Assembly (NCBI GenBank): GCA_044892525.1 | Contig: CM097885.1 | Location: 43,092,001 to 43,152,000, forward strand | Direction of reading: 5' to 3' | DNA: 60,000 nucleotides | Origin: Schmidtea polychroa | Lineage: Eukaryota | In this document: positions 15,722-30,566 of the stretch, in pieces | How the letters are laid out: the number at the start of each line of letters is the position of its first letter | Position numbering within the stretch: position 1 is the stretch's first letter | Made by a program: the position numbers and the translations under genes | Notes under the pieces: generated by a model | What the model was told of the DNA's origin: nothing | Databases searched by the model: none | The model's input: only the letters and a program-made list of their open reading frames with translations

Positions 15722-16018
15722 ATACACGATGAGCAAGTTAAAGATAAAGGAGATGAATGTTCTGAAGAATATCCAAAACAAAATTTAGTTGATATTGTTC
15801 CAGAAACGGGTTCTGGAGAAGATATAGAAATTATATCTTTAAGTGAAATAAAAAATATACCACAAGGCACAGATTCATCATTTGAATTTTTGAATAGTTT
15901 CTTAGATTCTATACCTAGTAGATGGAGAAATTATACTATACGTTTTATTATGACATGCTTGATGATTGGAGTATTTGCGTTTCTAGTTTACTTAGGTCCT
16001 ATGGCATTAATATTTCTG
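15722..16018 (+). CDS. CDS: CDP-diacylglycerol synthase exon 2
   Basis: TTCAG acceptor and GTAAGA donor; encodes PQGTD...SRWRNYTIRFIMTCLMIGVFAFLVYLGPMALIFL. Confidence 0.92.
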
Positions 16019-16252
16019 GTAAGAATCAAAAAATAATAAACTAACCTTTTAAATTTGTATATGATAATGTCAATTTACAAGTCGAAGTTTTTTTAATATT
16101 CATAATCTATTCTAATAAATTCTAAAATTATATTAATTCGAATTCTAGAATATCATAATATACCGTTAAATATGGAAAATTTGATTACATAAAATACTTT
16201 GTTTGCAATAGCAATGTTATAATTCTCTGTACTGTCATGTTTGATAATTTAG

Positions 16253-16429
16253 GTAATTCTGATTCAATTGATGTGTTTCAATGAAATAATCAACATTGGA
16301 TATATCGTTTACAAATCTCAAGACCTTCCGTGGTTTCGAACATTGTCATGGTTCTTCTTATTTACATCAAATTATTTCTTATTCGGAGAAGGGTTAATTG
16401 GGAATTTTCGTATATTATTGGCTAAAGAA
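16253..16429 (+). CDS. CDS: CDP-diacylglycerol synthase exon 3
   Basis: Encodes VILIQLMCFNEIINIGY...DLPWFRTLSWFFLFTSNYFLFGE; AG/GT boundaries, phase 0. Confidence 0.93.
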
Positions 16430-17854
16430 GTTTGTATTGTTTTATTTATTCAATAACAAATTATTCTTTAATTAACTAATTAATTTTAAATAAGAAAATT
16501 TCTATTTATTTTTCCAAGTGATTTTTATATATCAATATGAAAATAACACTGATTTTATTAATTTTTTGCTGAGTATTCATTATTTATTTAATTTGACAAG
16601 TTGATGCATTGTATAAAGAAAGATGAAGTGGGGTTTTTCTTCAATATATTTGATAAAACGATTATGCTTATGAATAACAATAGAGTAGGTCAATTGGTAG
16701 TCTTCAATTTACAAACTTCACAAGTACAAAATACTGTGATATGTGTCGTATAGGTCCCTAACGGATGTGGTACCACCCACCGGTGGGCCCTGAATAAATC
16801 TAAGGAGAGTATTTGAGCAATACTCATAAGAACACACTGAACAGCTTGACTAACAATCTATCAATTGTAATTATAACACTTTAATTGACTTCCAGGCTAG
16901 AATAACTAATCACTATTCCAATTCATTTAATTTGTCATGCTTGATTAAAATAAGCCTTTTATGGAATTTGCAATAAATATGTGATTCAGGTTATTTATTT
17001 ATGACTTGGTCAGGCAGTCCGTCATCCTGATTGTGGTTGGGGAGCGTTTGGGAAACGTTTTTGGAACCAAGAACACGGTGGCTCCAAAAATGTGGGAATC
17101 GCTGGTATAACTAATGAATTATTTTGACTTTTGGTCAGCAATAAAAATGATAATGCGGTAATATATCTCAATGTCCAATCGGAAGTCTATGTTGATAGTC
17201 AGAAAAGTAATATGAAATATTTATTCGAGTTAGGTCATTATTTGGGTTATAGTTATGTTCCTTTAATTAATTTAAAAAAACATTATCAAATCTAAACGAT
17301 TTTGACACTTTATTCTGTTGCCAGTTAGCAAGTAAAATTTGGGGGGGGGTATGAAGGAGTTATAATTTTCTGATTACGAGTTTACACAGATGTACTTTAA
17401 CATTAGCACTGTAATACTAGAATCATGAGCTTTCTATTATAAATACCAAACCGATTTGTCTGTATTTTTCGAATATTAAAATAACATATATTTATAAATC
17501 ATTGAAAATTCTAGATTTGGTATTTGAGCAGCATTTGAATTGGTATTATTATCGACTCATGTTGTGTCGAGGGAAGCTGTACCCGAATTAAAAATTTCAT
17601 TTGAGTTTCAAGGAGTATTTGCAAAGAATAAAAAACTTAAAACTTTTAAATATTTCTCATATTATAGGCTGATTGATGCAAATTTATTATTTCGAATACT
17701 AAAAACCTGAATATTCAAATGGCAAATATTATATGATAAATAAATGCAAATATATATAAAAAAATCATTTAATATGATAATCAAATAAACACATTTATAA
17801 CAAAGACAAAAATGACATTATTCATAGAATTCTTAATAATCCATAGAATATATT

Positions 17855-18622
17855 CAATGGAGTCACTAGGCGTGCGAGGGTGGGTGACACCATCACAAGG
17901 AGTGAAACCAAAATGCAAAATACCACTGTCTAAGATTCTATGTCACTCATGAAATAATTCTTATGCACTGTTTCAGCCCAGCCGGCCCAGCGCACAGAGA
18001 GAAAAATGTATCATATTATTGAAATTTAAAAATATCTCTGTTCTGTTAGTTATAAACACAAAAACGTGTTTTAGTTTTGCGTGTATAATAACTACTCCAG
18101 AATATAACATTAGGTTTGTTCATTTCTTTATACTAACTTCTGATAAGTTACACCAAAATAGTACCGAAGTTGTGAATGAAAACACCGCGCTGTGTGTTTC
18201 GGTAAACGCACGAGTTGCGTTACCACGCGCGGCGGCCGCCTGTGCCGGTTACAGAATGGCGGCGGTGACGCGCACTTTTTCCAGTCACGTTTTTCAAAAC
18301 TAATGTTTATAAAGAACTATTTTGACCTACCATGGGACAGTGAAGGCTTTCTGATCTTTCAATATTATCAATTGAAAGTTATTTGGCGAAATGAGTTGAT
18401 TTAGGATGAAGTAATAAACAAGTTTGCAGTTCTAAAGGCCAGGAAAGGAAAGTTTTGAATTAGTCAAGATTTAATAGGACCTATATTTATAGACGTTACT
18501 GAGGATTCGGTATGTTTCCGTTATTTGGCACTAGCGGACTCAGAGCAGGTCTATTGGGTGTTGTGAGGGGATGACACCATGAGTTACTGCACTGGGTGAT
18601 ACCAACCCTAGTGACGCCACTG
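17855..18622 (+). mobile_element. hAT (Tip100-like) deletion derivative in intron 3
   Basis: TIRs CAATGGAGTCACTAGG / CCTAGTGACGCCACTG and an imperfect 8-bp TSD (AATATATT/AATAAATA). Remnants FSKL.FIKNY and DEVINKFAVLKARK match a hAT C-terminus. Confidence 0.75.
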
Positions 18623-21600
18623 AATAAATAAAAATCCGTATAAATCTTAAAAATTCATAGAAAATCTTAAAAATCTATGTAATTCTTTTGTGATTGTGTA
18701 TGATATTTGAAATTTCTACGCATCTATTATTTGTAAGAATTTACTATTGCAGATTGGATGTATATATTCAACTGAATTCTGAATTTTGTATGCAATACTG
18801 TGACCAGTGCTTCTCATCATGTTATGCTCTATGTCCCCAACAATTGATTTTAAAAGTCAAATTACCCCAGTTTTTGAATTAATTAAATTAATTTACAAGT
18901 CCTTATTTTACAAATTATTTTACAAAATGAGAAGCACTGCTGTAGACTTTAACAAAACAATTAAAATATAATTTTCGGTTCATATTTTAATTAACGTTTT
19001 ATATCTGTAGATCTAATTCCCTCATTAATTTTTTGTGCTTTTAAGGAATTCTATAGATTTTCAAGAATTTTATGAATTTCTAAGAAATATTTATAATAAA
19101 TTTAACAGTGTATCATATCAAATTAAATTTCCAAGTTCTAAAAATTTGAACAATTTTCTCTAATTTCATTGTACACTATATTAAATAAATGTTTTTAATA
19201 AAATAATGTTTTATTTTAAATTGATTTTTATTGAAAGACTCAGGATCTCATCAATCATTGGCTGAAAACCCAGGTTAAATAGAATATTTAAAGTTTAAAC
19301 AAAAGCTGGCATTGCTAATTTAAAATAATAGCATATCTTTAATTCTGTTTAAATTGCTGTTGTTTTTTTAGCACATGACAAAAATATGTAATGCTAGCAT
19401 ATCGAAATATAGCTAATAAAACTTTGGTAATTATCGTAACAATTATGATACTTTCATACCCACTTATAAATTTTATCAAACATGCATTGTTTAAATTTTA
19501 AACGTTTAACAAAATTTAATTTATTGTCTCGTTATTTTGTCAGTTTTTATCTTTGATTTAATTTTATCTATTTCTCATCTTAAAGTAATTTATTGTTTCT
19601 TGTATAATAGTTGAATGAATGTTAAAATTTAAATTATTTTAAAATATATTAACATGTTGGTGGATTTTTTCTGTTGTCTTTCATCGCAACATTCACTTCT
19701 AAATGTGACATCTTTTAACCGTAATTGAAAAATAATACTACCATATAAATAACCTTTTTCTGTGAGTTATAGTGCGCTTGGGATATTTTATTGTTCTACA
19801 ACCCTCCACTATTATATGACATAATGGGCAAATAAAGAACGACTGTGAGCTTTCTGCAGCAAAAGGGTACATAATCTGAGCTTAAATTTTGTCAAATTCC
19901 AACTGGAATGAAACTGCTGTTATGGAAAATTGTGCAATATGTTTATAGCTGGTCTAAGGAACTTAACCCTCCATTTCTGCAAGAAAGAACTAGGTATTCA
20001 ACATATAACCGTTGTTTTAGTTGTTGTGGGTTTCAACAATTTTCTCTTGGAAGTATATACTGCCAATCATAAAATCGGTGATTATGGATTTCCTGTGAAA
20101 ATTGATGTAAGGCAAAATTAAAGTGTTAGCTGAGTTATAAAATGATGATTGTTTAAGCGATTTTACATTGCAATTCGTATACTTTATGATCTAAATAGCA
20201 AACTACAAGAAACGGAAATATTACTTTATGAAATGAATAACTAAGGGAAATTTTATAAAACTAAGCTTTTTCTGTTCAATCAAAATTTAGCCAATAATGA
20301 GCTTTTTCAACTACCCCCGTGAGTGATATTGGAAATTATAAATCCTTTATATTTGAACTTTATGATGAATTTAATCGAAAATTTCAAGGCATGCAATAAA
20401 TCGAGAAAGATATCTGTTTTGGGTATCTGTACCATTTTCTTATATGAAATTGTCAACGCATCTCATAGCTTACAAATTGATACACCCCAGGTATTTTTAT
20501 GTCATTGTGTGAGCTCTATTCATCTTTAAACGAAGCAAATTTTCACCCGACTGAAAGATATGTATTTTGGTGAAAAAACGTTTTCTGCGACTAATTATAA
20601 CAAATCGGAAAGCTGCTTTAGAATGACTGAAGAAAATCTGCAATCAATTTCACGCATCTCTACTAATTTGGGTACAATTATAAACCATAAAGAGCTATAA
20701 TTAGTTATGTGCCACATATTTGGTTTTACTCGATGATTTTAGAATTTTTATTCCTTGATAACAAAATCTGATTTTTGATATAAAATGAAATTATTTAATT
20801 ACGATTTTTTACTACCCACGTTATAAGGTTTTATAAATTTTTAATTATCTGATACAACCATTCGAACTGTTATGGTTTCTCTAACTTAAATAATTGTACA
20901 CCCCTGGCGTAGGTGATGTTTCCAAGTATATTTCTTTCTATCTAATTTCTATTATCAATGAAAATATCAGTCTGAACATATCAAACAAAAAATACGTATA
21001 TCCATCGAACTGTAAACCACTCTTAAAATTTCGTTAATACCTATTATTGCCCCGTTTTGTATTCATATTTGTATAAATTCGTGTATGTATTCAAATATCA
21101 ACAATGAAATCCATTTACGAAGATTTTATTTGACATTTTGGTCTACTGGTCTGAGTGAAATAAGCGTTTTCATTTTTCATTACAAAATTTAGTGATGTTG
21201 TGATAACTTAATGGATCACAATAAAGGAAAAGATTTAATATTTGCCCATTATGCAAGCGTAATTTTTAATGATTATTGTGATATACGTTGGATATTCGAG
21301 AGGTTTATTCATGTTCCATTCTTCTCACAAATTTAGCGGCTAATTGTTAACATACATTAGTGATTTTTAGTTCTTAATATATATTTGTAATATTATTATC
21401 ATTAAAATCTTTCATCCTTTTTGTCATTAATCTATTTCCAATTCCAAATTTTTTTTATCTTCATTTATTTTCAAGCTAATTTTTGTTTTATATTTAACAT
21501 ACATTTTGATAGGCTTCTAGTGTCAACAAAAGTTGTGTCAAAAATTCATGTTAAATTTAAAACAAGAAACTGACAATTTTAGTTTGAAAAGAAATGAATA

Positions 21601-22001
21601 TATGAAGTGAAGTGTAATAGCAGCAATGACTCCAACTGAGATTAAAATTTTATTCCCATTATAATAACTACATATTATTGTATATTAGTAGCATATGCCA
21701 TAATTATTTATTCTGAAAATTATTCCTAGCAACAATGCTTAATTTATATAATTTAACTGAAATCGACAATGGAATGAAAAATAAATGTGTAATTCAACAT
21801 ATTTTAAATCTTTTATTATTAATGATATTTCTCATTGATTATCACTTTGCATAAATCTATTTGATATATCTATCTGCAAAATCGACATTTGATCAGGGTG
21901 TGGCCGCTGTCAACGTAAACATTTCACTGGTTAAAACTATCGAATTTACTAATTTATTATATCAATGAGCTTTTATTGTTTTGAATTTCTCAACAACCTA
22001 G

Positions 22002-22121
22002 GATCTGCTGCAATCACTTGTCACTCACCATCGTTTTATATCGTTCTGTCTCTACTGCTGTGGTATAGTCTGGTTCGTTCTCAGCTTGGTGAAGAAACAT
22101 TATCTGCAACAGTTTACACTG
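22002..22121 (+). CDS. CDS: CDP-diacylglycerol synthase exon 4
   Basis: Encodes [44 protein letters not shown] acceptor, GTCAGT donor, 120 nt. This frame is not the one in the ORF track. Confidence 0.93.
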
Positions 22122-25100
22122 GTCAGTTCATTACTTTGATTATTATTCTATTATTAATTTATCGGAATTTTAATAAATTCAATTTTCTGTTGTATAAAAT
22201 AATAAAATCAAGACATGTAATCTAAAATTAATAATCCCATATTTTTTTCTCTATTATCAAAATCAAATTATTTTCATTTTAAAGTTTCTGTAATGAAATA
22301 TTGTGCTAAAAATAATAATTTTACGCACATTAATCATTATATTTATTTCTTTAAAATTTTGTTTATCTATAATAATTATAAATGCATGTTAATTATATGT
22401 TGAAAGCTGTTAAATGATTTATCAACATTTAAAGTCGTATTTCTACTCTCACCCATTAAAACAAAGAATCATTCTGATTGTTAATTGGTAGCTAATAAAA
22501 ATACTAGTGTATTATTATTGGTAGGACTATGGACCCATGAGATATTTGGCTTGGAAAAAAAGATTTTAGTTGAGGGGTAATTTTATTATTTTTTGGTTAA
22601 ATGCCAATCTGATCAAATTATAAATCTCGATTAAAAAGCTTAAAAATTAGTTTTCAATAAAAAACCCTAAGTATTATTTCTCTATAGAAACATTAAATTT
22701 TTTTTTAATTGAAAACTTTCAGGTAATTTTTAAAAAACTTAAAATTTTCAATGAAAAAAAGACAAACAGGAAATATTTTTCAGCTTTAAAAGTGCGGCAT
22801 ATCGATCAGTAGATATTTTATTATTAGCATAGTTACCATAATAAGTAGGTATTATATGTTGGATATGGAATCTATCCAGGGAAAATTATAAATTCACAAC
22901 ATAAGTAAGTTAATAAAAACAAATGCTGTATTCATAAAGTTGATGTGGGAGTCATGGAAACATTCTTTGATGAATCGAGGATATACTCAATCAGTAAAGT
23001 GCTTTTGTCACATTTTGGATTAGTTCAGTGATTAGTGCAGCAAAACCTAGGACACCATTATGCTTAGATAAATAGGAATATTTTATGGTAGTCTAAATAT
23101 ATTACTGTAAGACTTTTAGGCCAAAATTCTTTATATTCTAATTGAAAAAATATGGAAATAATACATTAAATTAATTATTTTTGTGATAAATCTCCTCAAA
23201 TACCAAGGATACCGTTTTGAAAGATACCATATGATTGAACAGAATAAAATATAAATCTAATTAAATAATTATTATCATATATAAATCCGTACGTCGGTCT
23301 CACTAAGGATTATATTTGCGATGCTATTTCCAGTAGTGCAAAAAAATTCAAAAGTAAGTTTGATGGCATTAAAAATTTTTTATTTATTGAGTTCTGCGTG
23401 ACTTTTTTCCATAGTTACTTAATTGTTGTGTAAATTGGTTTTCTGTCATATTTATCCTTCTATTGTACTTTGGTTCATTTGGCGAATACCGGCCAGAAAC
23501 ACGATAAACATTAATGAGGGATTTAAACAATTTTAAATTTCATACAATTTTGAAAATTTTAATATATATTAATAATAGAACTATTGCAGAATGTACGGTA
23601 AAAATTTAATTAATCACGAATTCATGCATTTCATTTTGATTAGCTTTATTCGTCAGGAGAAACTTTTGAGCCAAACTTGTAGATAAAAAGCACTATCTAT
23701 GTTAAATTCCGATAATTTTAGTATGTCAATCAATCTTTCGATTATGTAGTAAAATTTGTTCTTTTATCTTTTATATACCTAGTTTTATATAAAATGAAAT
23801 CGTAGATATATTTAGAGTTGTTTTTTTATAATCTTGAGTTCTATAATTAATATTCTTTCAATAAAAATTGATTTCAACTACTATGGTACTTGTGTCAAAA
23901 CTATGCACGATCATTAAATGTTAAATCCCTAACTTTATCATATGGAAAATTCAATTGTCTACTTTCACACAATTCTTTTAATACGCAGAAATTAGTATGA
24001 TTTTGAAAAAAATTTTCATTTTTCTTCACAGTCGTGGTAAAATATGTGAAAGTTGAAATTTTTGCACTCACAATACCTCAATAATACCAGAGCACACCAT
24101 GAAATTTATAACGGGTTTTTTTTGTGAATTGAGTACACCATACATAGATATTATATGACTATTTTCTATTCCCTTTTTTTATATTATATGACTATTTTCT
24201 ATTCCCTTTTTTGATTTAGTTAGAGCTACTCTCATTTTCAAAATATTCCACACACTTTTAATATAATTGAATCCTGAATTATTTCAAGTGTTATTTAAGT
24301 TCTCAATTTTTTGATCTGGACCCGTTTCCCCTGGCTGATGTCACTAGATCCTGTCGTTTTGAAAAGTCGATTTGAAAACTTGGTTTTAACGTAATCAAAT
24401 CTTTTTCATCAGTAATTAGTTCTTAACATTCGCTTAATATTGTTTTATAATCTTTATGGGCGGATGAACCGAATTGTATGTGAAAAAGAATCATAAGCTA
24501 GATTTACACTTTAAAATTACTTTTGTGCATTCCAATTCGTTTCAAAATGCAGTGCTTTTCCCAACAACGAATGTTTCTTTGTTGCTTATCTGAATGGGAA
24601 TTGAAAATCGTTGTAAAGGCAATTTCGAATGTCCTTTTGCTTACTGTAGATACTTGAGTATAACGCCACCCGAGTATAGAAATTTATATCATAATTGGAC
24701 GCGAATATAATATGAAGGACAAAACCCATTTCGGTGCATGAAACTTACAATTTTATATCTACAGTGTCTCAAATATAACGCGACCCACACGTTTTTTATC
24801 TAATTTTGTGTCACAAAAACCTTGCGGTATACTCAATGGTAGTTCGTAAGAAATAAGTTCATCAAATTAAAATTTTCTAAGTATTGCTCGTTTAAAAAAC
24901 TATATAATTCAAATTATTAAACTATATAAATTTATTTTTAGAAATTTTTCATCTTCATTTAACCATCAAAATCCACGCCTAACTAATTTTATTTAAGCAA
25001 CAAATGATGTAATATAAAAATTATTTTAGTTTGTAATATCTGTTTTTATTCTTTTTAATAATGCTAATTACATTCTGTTTTAATATTCAGACCTTTAAAA

Positions 25101-25247
25101 TAAATGATGCCGATTTATTATCTTGTTAGTCTGGAATTTTACGAATCCTATAACAAAACTTCCCGATAAATCTTGCAAATTAGAAATATATAAAAATTGT
25201 TTATTATTTATAGTTTTTCTCTATTTATTTTTATCACATATAGAATA

Positions 25248-26504
25248 TTAGGTTGTCCCATAAGTCTCTTTCGCAAATGCGCACAAAGAAATTTTCATGC
25301 ACGAACCTGTATGAACCTGTGATGTTCTAAGTTCAATGTTATTATCATTGCATTCAGTCAGCCTTTAGCTATCAAATAGTGTAAATCAAATAAATAATAG
25401 TAAAGCCCTTTTTTATTATTGAACAATGTAAAATCAAAGAAAACATTTAAGACATGTGATGCTGCATTGTTTTAAAAAAGGTTTTAGTGCTAGTGATACA
25501 GTAAATGAGATTTTTATGGTTTATGGGAATGACGAGACAAGTGTTCAAACAGTTCGCAGTTGGTTTAGGAGGTTCAGAGCCGGTAATTTTAATCTGGAAG
25601 ACGAAGAACGTTACGGCCGCCCATCCACTACGAACACGGATCTAATCATAGCCATGGCTGAAGAAAATCCGCGATATACTGTTCGCGAAATAGCTAACAA
25701 GTTTAAAATTCCACGAACATCCGTCCATAATCATCTCACAAAATTGGGTTACATCAATCGTTCAGATGTGTGGCTTTCTCATGAACTGACTGACTCAAAT
25801 AAACTTCAGCGTATTTCAACATGCGATCTTCTTCTCCAACGACATAATATCCAACCTTTTTTGAAGAGACTTGTCACTGGGGATGAAAGTTGGATACTCT
25901 ATGAGAATATCCAGCGTAAACGGTCGTGGACCAAGGGCACAGAAGCTTTAACTGTAGCTAAACCTGGCCTACATCCAAAAAAAGATTTGCTATGCATTTG
26001 GTGGGATTGGAAGGGGGTAGTTTATTATGAGCTACTTCAGCAAGGTGAAACAATCAATTCAACGAAATAATGTTGTTAACTAGACAATCTAAAGGATGCA
26101 ATTGCCAGAATTAGCGAACAGACGAGGCGTTGTTTTTCATCACGCCAGGCCTCATATTTCTTTACTCGTCAGAAATAAATTATTATCATTTGACTGGGAT
26201 GTTTTACCTCATCCTCCATACTCTCCGGATATTGCTCCTTCAGATCATTATTTGTTTCATTGAAAAATTCTTTACGTGGTAAAAATTTTAATTCAAAAAA
26301 TGATATAAAAATGTACTTTGATCAATATTTTGCCGACAAACCTGGGAAATTTTGGGAAGAAGGCATTATGAGGCTTCCCGAGAGATGGAGAAAGGTAATA
26401 GAACAGAATGGATCATATATTATTCAATAAATTTTTATGAAATACAAATTATTGTTTATTTTTTTCTTAATATGAAAACGAAAGAAACTTATGGGACAAC
26501 CTAA
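25248..26504 (+). mobile_element. Full-length defective mariner (mellifera-like) transposon
   Basis: TIRs TTAGGTTGTCCCATAAGT / ACTTATGGGACAACCTAA, TA TSD, 1257 bp. Confidence 0.95.
25426..26430 (+). pseudogene. Mariner DD34D-type transposase pseudogene
   Basis: Reads M*NQRKHLRHVMLHCFKKG, then WLSHEL, TGDESW and HPPYSPDIAPSDH, with several stops and frameshifts. Confidence 0.93.
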
Positions 26505-26742
26505 TATATATATATATATTTCTTTGATTATTTTTGAAAATTTTTCTCGATTTAATCTGAATTAATATAAATTTATGTCAATAAAAATCATTTCGAAATT
26601 GTCTTATCAGAAAATTCTGATAATATAATAATTGGTAATTTATAATAAAATCCCGTGCTATTTGTTTTATTTGAAATATATGTGAACTTTAAGTCGACTT
26701 TGGTATTTTTGTTTTTATCAATATTATTTTCAATTTTTACAG

Positions 26743-26825
26743 TTTGGATGGACCCATGTGACATTACTGATCATAGTTACTTCTTCACATTTTATAATGA
26801 ACAATATATTCAATGGAATCATTTG
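26743..26825 (+). CDS. CDS: CDP-diacylglycerol synthase exon 5
   Basis: Encodes [27 protein letters not shown](W); TACAG acceptor, GTAATA donor. Confidence 0.93.
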
Positions 26826-26869
26826 GTAATAATTTTTGTTAACCGGTTTTTTCCATTGGTATTATTTAG

Positions 26870-27161
26870 GTTTTTAGTTCCAGTTTCGATGATTATATGT
26901 AACGATATTATGGCTTATATGTTTGGATTTTTCTTCGGAAGAACTCCACTAATTAAACTATCTCCTAAAAAAACATGGGAAGGATTTATTGGGGGTGGAG
27001 TTTCTACATTGATTTTTGCTATTCTTTTCTCTCAAGCTTTGATCAAATACGATTACTTTGTATGTCCACTCGAGTATGACGATGTAAAAGGTGCTCTGTC
27101 TATGGAATGCGTTAGAAACCCAGTATTTCGACCGGTTATATATGAATTGCCGTCATATTTA
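26870..27161 (+). CDS. CDS: CDP-diacylglycerol synthase exon 6
   Basis: Carries the signature ICNDIMAYMFGFFFGRTPLIKLSPKKTWEGFIGG; GTGAGT donor. Confidence 0.96.
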
Positions 27162-29684
27162 GTGAGTGGTTATATGAAATTACATTACATATATTAGAAT
27201 TTTGAAGGGTTGTTTTTAAGATTTAATTGAAATATCAACATTTATTTTATTTCCCTTGAATTACCTTACAAATTTTGTCAAAATCATATTTTGATATTCC
27301 GGATAGTAATTAAATTCTAGCATTAAAACAAATTAAATAGCGGACAAACGATTGCACTTTTAATAAATAAATTAAAAGTATTTATTTCAAAACGAAATAT
27401 ATTTCAACGATTTTTCATCTTCATTCAACTATCCAAAATCCACGCCTAACTAATTTTATTTAAGCATCAAACAATGATGTAATATAATTTGATTTTGACA
27501 TTATTATTATTTAATATGTAATTGGTTAGTATTTTCAAAATTTTTATATCTAGAAAATCTAGAAAAAATCTAGAATAAAATCTCATATATTGTCTTTACA
27601 TTTATTCTAAAACGCGTTATGAGTTACTTAAAATAACTCTAATAAGTAATAATTTCCATGCTTTAATATCTTTACCATAATTACGAAAATAGTTTGCATA
27701 TTTTAACTAGATAACCATCAGGTTATCAGTTTTCGGGAGATTTACGTTTAAATTGGTCAAATTTCAGGAAACAATAGTATTGAGATTATCGATTTCAGAA
27801 TTCAAACCAAAAGTTATAAAATTTCAATTTTTTTTAATAAATCGAACATTTTTAATCCTCACAGCGTCCATCGTTTAGCAACTTAAGTTAATTTTTGGTT
27901 CGATTTGGAATTTCGTATGATTGTATTACGATAACTATATCAATGCCTAATTTATGAAATATGCTTATTTAAATTGTTGTGATGATTTTATTTCACCATT
28001 ACTCTTTGCTTATATAAGATTAAGGCTGGTTGTGGATGAAATATATTTCGATTAGGAATAAATAACCTTTCCATTTATAATTATTAATCATAAAAGTCTT
28101 AGTTTCTCATTATTTTTAATCATTTTGATGATATGATAATAAGTTCCGAGTTATAGAAAAGAAAATTTAGTGTCAAAACAGTTTTTATTTTTAAAACCCA
28201 ATGAAAATTACATAAATAAATGAGGAAATTATGAGAAATAGTCAAGAATAGAAAACCTTGAATGAAGCTTTAAAGCAAGGCCTTAATGAAGAAGTAATGT
28301 GGATTAATTGATTATGTTTTCTCATCATTCTTTTTTATTAAATAAGTTAATAACTGGCATAATAATATTAAAATATCGTTCAAAGACTAATCAAGGACAG
28401 TAAAAAAATGCGACTGGTATTAAACAAAGATAATTCATTTTGAATTCCATACGATTGTATTATGTCATAGAAAACTTTGTCATGGTGGATTAAAATTAAA
28501 AAATGTCAAGCAACTTCTTTTTGAAATATTTGAATCATTCTTTTTTTCGTTCAAACATGTGAACACTATTAAAAGTAAAGATGGTGAGGGTGTTATATGT
28601 CCATTAATGAATGTGAATGGCAATTGATCAATAAATTTAAGTGAATAAAAAATAATTTATTTCTTACAAACTTATTTCAATATTTATCATATATTATATA
28701 TTAAAAAAATTAATTTTAAAATATGTATATTTAATTATTTTCCTTACATCCGTCTCTTTTCTTAAATGAACGTGTTCTTTAAATTATGGTCTCTCGTCCT
28801 TTTATTGTCAGTGCATTCAGAAAGTTGCTCTCTTCACCGTGTTGAAATAACCTAAATTCTTAACCTTTCGTACAAAATCTAACTATATATATTCTGTGGC
28901 ATTCAAAACACCCCATTTAAATTGGGTTATTTTTACAAAATCTAAAATTTCGCATAATTTCTGGCACTTGAAACAAATTTTGTTAATTCGTTAGTATTTT
29001 TTGATCGACAGAATCATTCTAGTTTCCCCATAATTATATAATAATTTAACTTCAATTTATTGTACACAGATTGACTATTTCCGTTATTATTGTAACATCC
29101 ATAATTGTTTTATGTAATCTTTCAATCTTTTTTCTAAGTAAATTTATAGTTTTATTGTTTGACGCAGTAATTTTTCTTAATCTTACAGATTTACTGATAT
29201 TTTTATTGGTACTTTATTTACTCTATCGTATCCTTCAATGTGTTTTTCTTCAGGATCTTAAGTAAAAATCATGTTTTTTTATTTATAGCTTGGATTTCTC
29301 TTTGTCTTCTTCGTAATCTACACATTATACTCTGATCCGTTTTGCAAATTCTTCTGTGCCTTTTTTAAGTTCTTGTCGCAATTATTATACATCCTCTTAA
29401 TTTTTTTTTCTTTTACAAAAGTTCATATTTTTATCATAATATTTCTTCGTCCGTTTTTCAAAAACTTTTCGTTATTCAAATCTCTGAATCGAATCGTTTC
29501 CAAACTATACTAATCTTGACAGTTTCTTCTTAATTTGAAATTCCTACAAATAATCTATTTCTGCTACTGACGCTGTATTAAAATTTTGTTAATAATAAGA
29601 TATGAAATATTATGATTTTACTATCAAATTTTATAATTTTATGTTATAAATTAACTTTATAATTTAGCTATATTGCTTTATTAA

Positions 29685-30200
29685 CCTTCCTAAGGCCAGG
29701 TGGGGTAATTGTGTACCCCAGTATCATATTTTTTTTGAAAATTTATTTAAAATCTAATACCTACCGCATTCACCCTTTAGTTATTCCTAGTGCGCTCGTT
29801 CAATATCACTTTGCGTAAATTTCATCACCAAAAAAGAATCCTGTTCGTTATTATTGTAAAGAATCTCTTTGGTTATTCGTGTCATGATATGCGCCACGTC
29901 ATTTACTCGTGTCACTGACTTGTTTTTACACATGTTTGTTTGGAACTGCGTATTCAACGAATTCAGTGTGCGTAGTAGCGACATTGTGTGATGTTTGTTC
30001 CGTTTCACTCTGTTTAGTTTCATTTGCTTCTTCTTATTTTGAATATCTTGTCCCTTTTGTAAAGATTTGTTTCTGTAATATATTTTATACATTAAAATTA
30101 TTTGATCTTTAAACTACCAATCACACAGTGAAAAGTATTGGGGTACAAATTTACTGCAAGTGATCTTCCGTGTAAGAAATTTGAGTCGGCCTTAGGAAAG
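29685..30200 (+). mobile_element. piggyBac deletion derivative
   Basis: TTAA flanks, TIRs CCTTCCTAAGGCC / GGCCTTAGGAAAG, and an internal CDVCSVSLCL resembling the piggyBac C-terminal Cys-rich domain. Confidence 0.8.
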
Positions 30201-30324
30201 TTAAAAATAGTAGAGATCTTGATTTAACCAAAATTAACAAAATGCGTTATAAAGAATCAATCTCATTCAACTAGAAATCATTGCGATAATCGTCAAAACT
30301 TATCGTATTTATTATTTTTTGTAG

Positions 30325-30566
30325 TCCAGTATTATTCCAGTGAGCAAAGTTACACTTTATCCATATTTCAAACACTGTGTCATTATGGGTGTTTTTTCGT
30401 CGGTTGTTGGGCCTTTCGGAGGATTTTTCGCTAGTGGCTTCAAACGTGCTTTTAAAATTAAAGATTTCGGAGATTTGATTCCGGGTCATGGTGGAATTAT
30501 GGATAGATTCGATTGTCAAGTTTTAATGGGAGCATTCGTATACTTCTATTACAACTCATTCATTCG
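30325..30566 (+). CDS. CDS: CDP-diacylglycerol synthase exon 7
   Basis: Carries the cytidylyltransferase signature [42 protein letters not shown] acceptor, GTATGT donor, phase 2. Confidence 0.97.

Noticed and set aside
19800..20910. Possible decayed hAT transposase fragments in intron 3
   Set aside because: Too degraded to define termini or a frame with confidence.
26655..27197. 180-aa ORF as a standalone gene
   Set aside because: It is CDS exon 6 extended into intron and out-of-frame exon 5 sequence.
24940..27490. Direct repeat of about 80 bp at roughly 24940-25020 and 27410-27490
   Set aside because: No LTR or TIR hallmarks or TSD; probably small dispersed repeat fragments.
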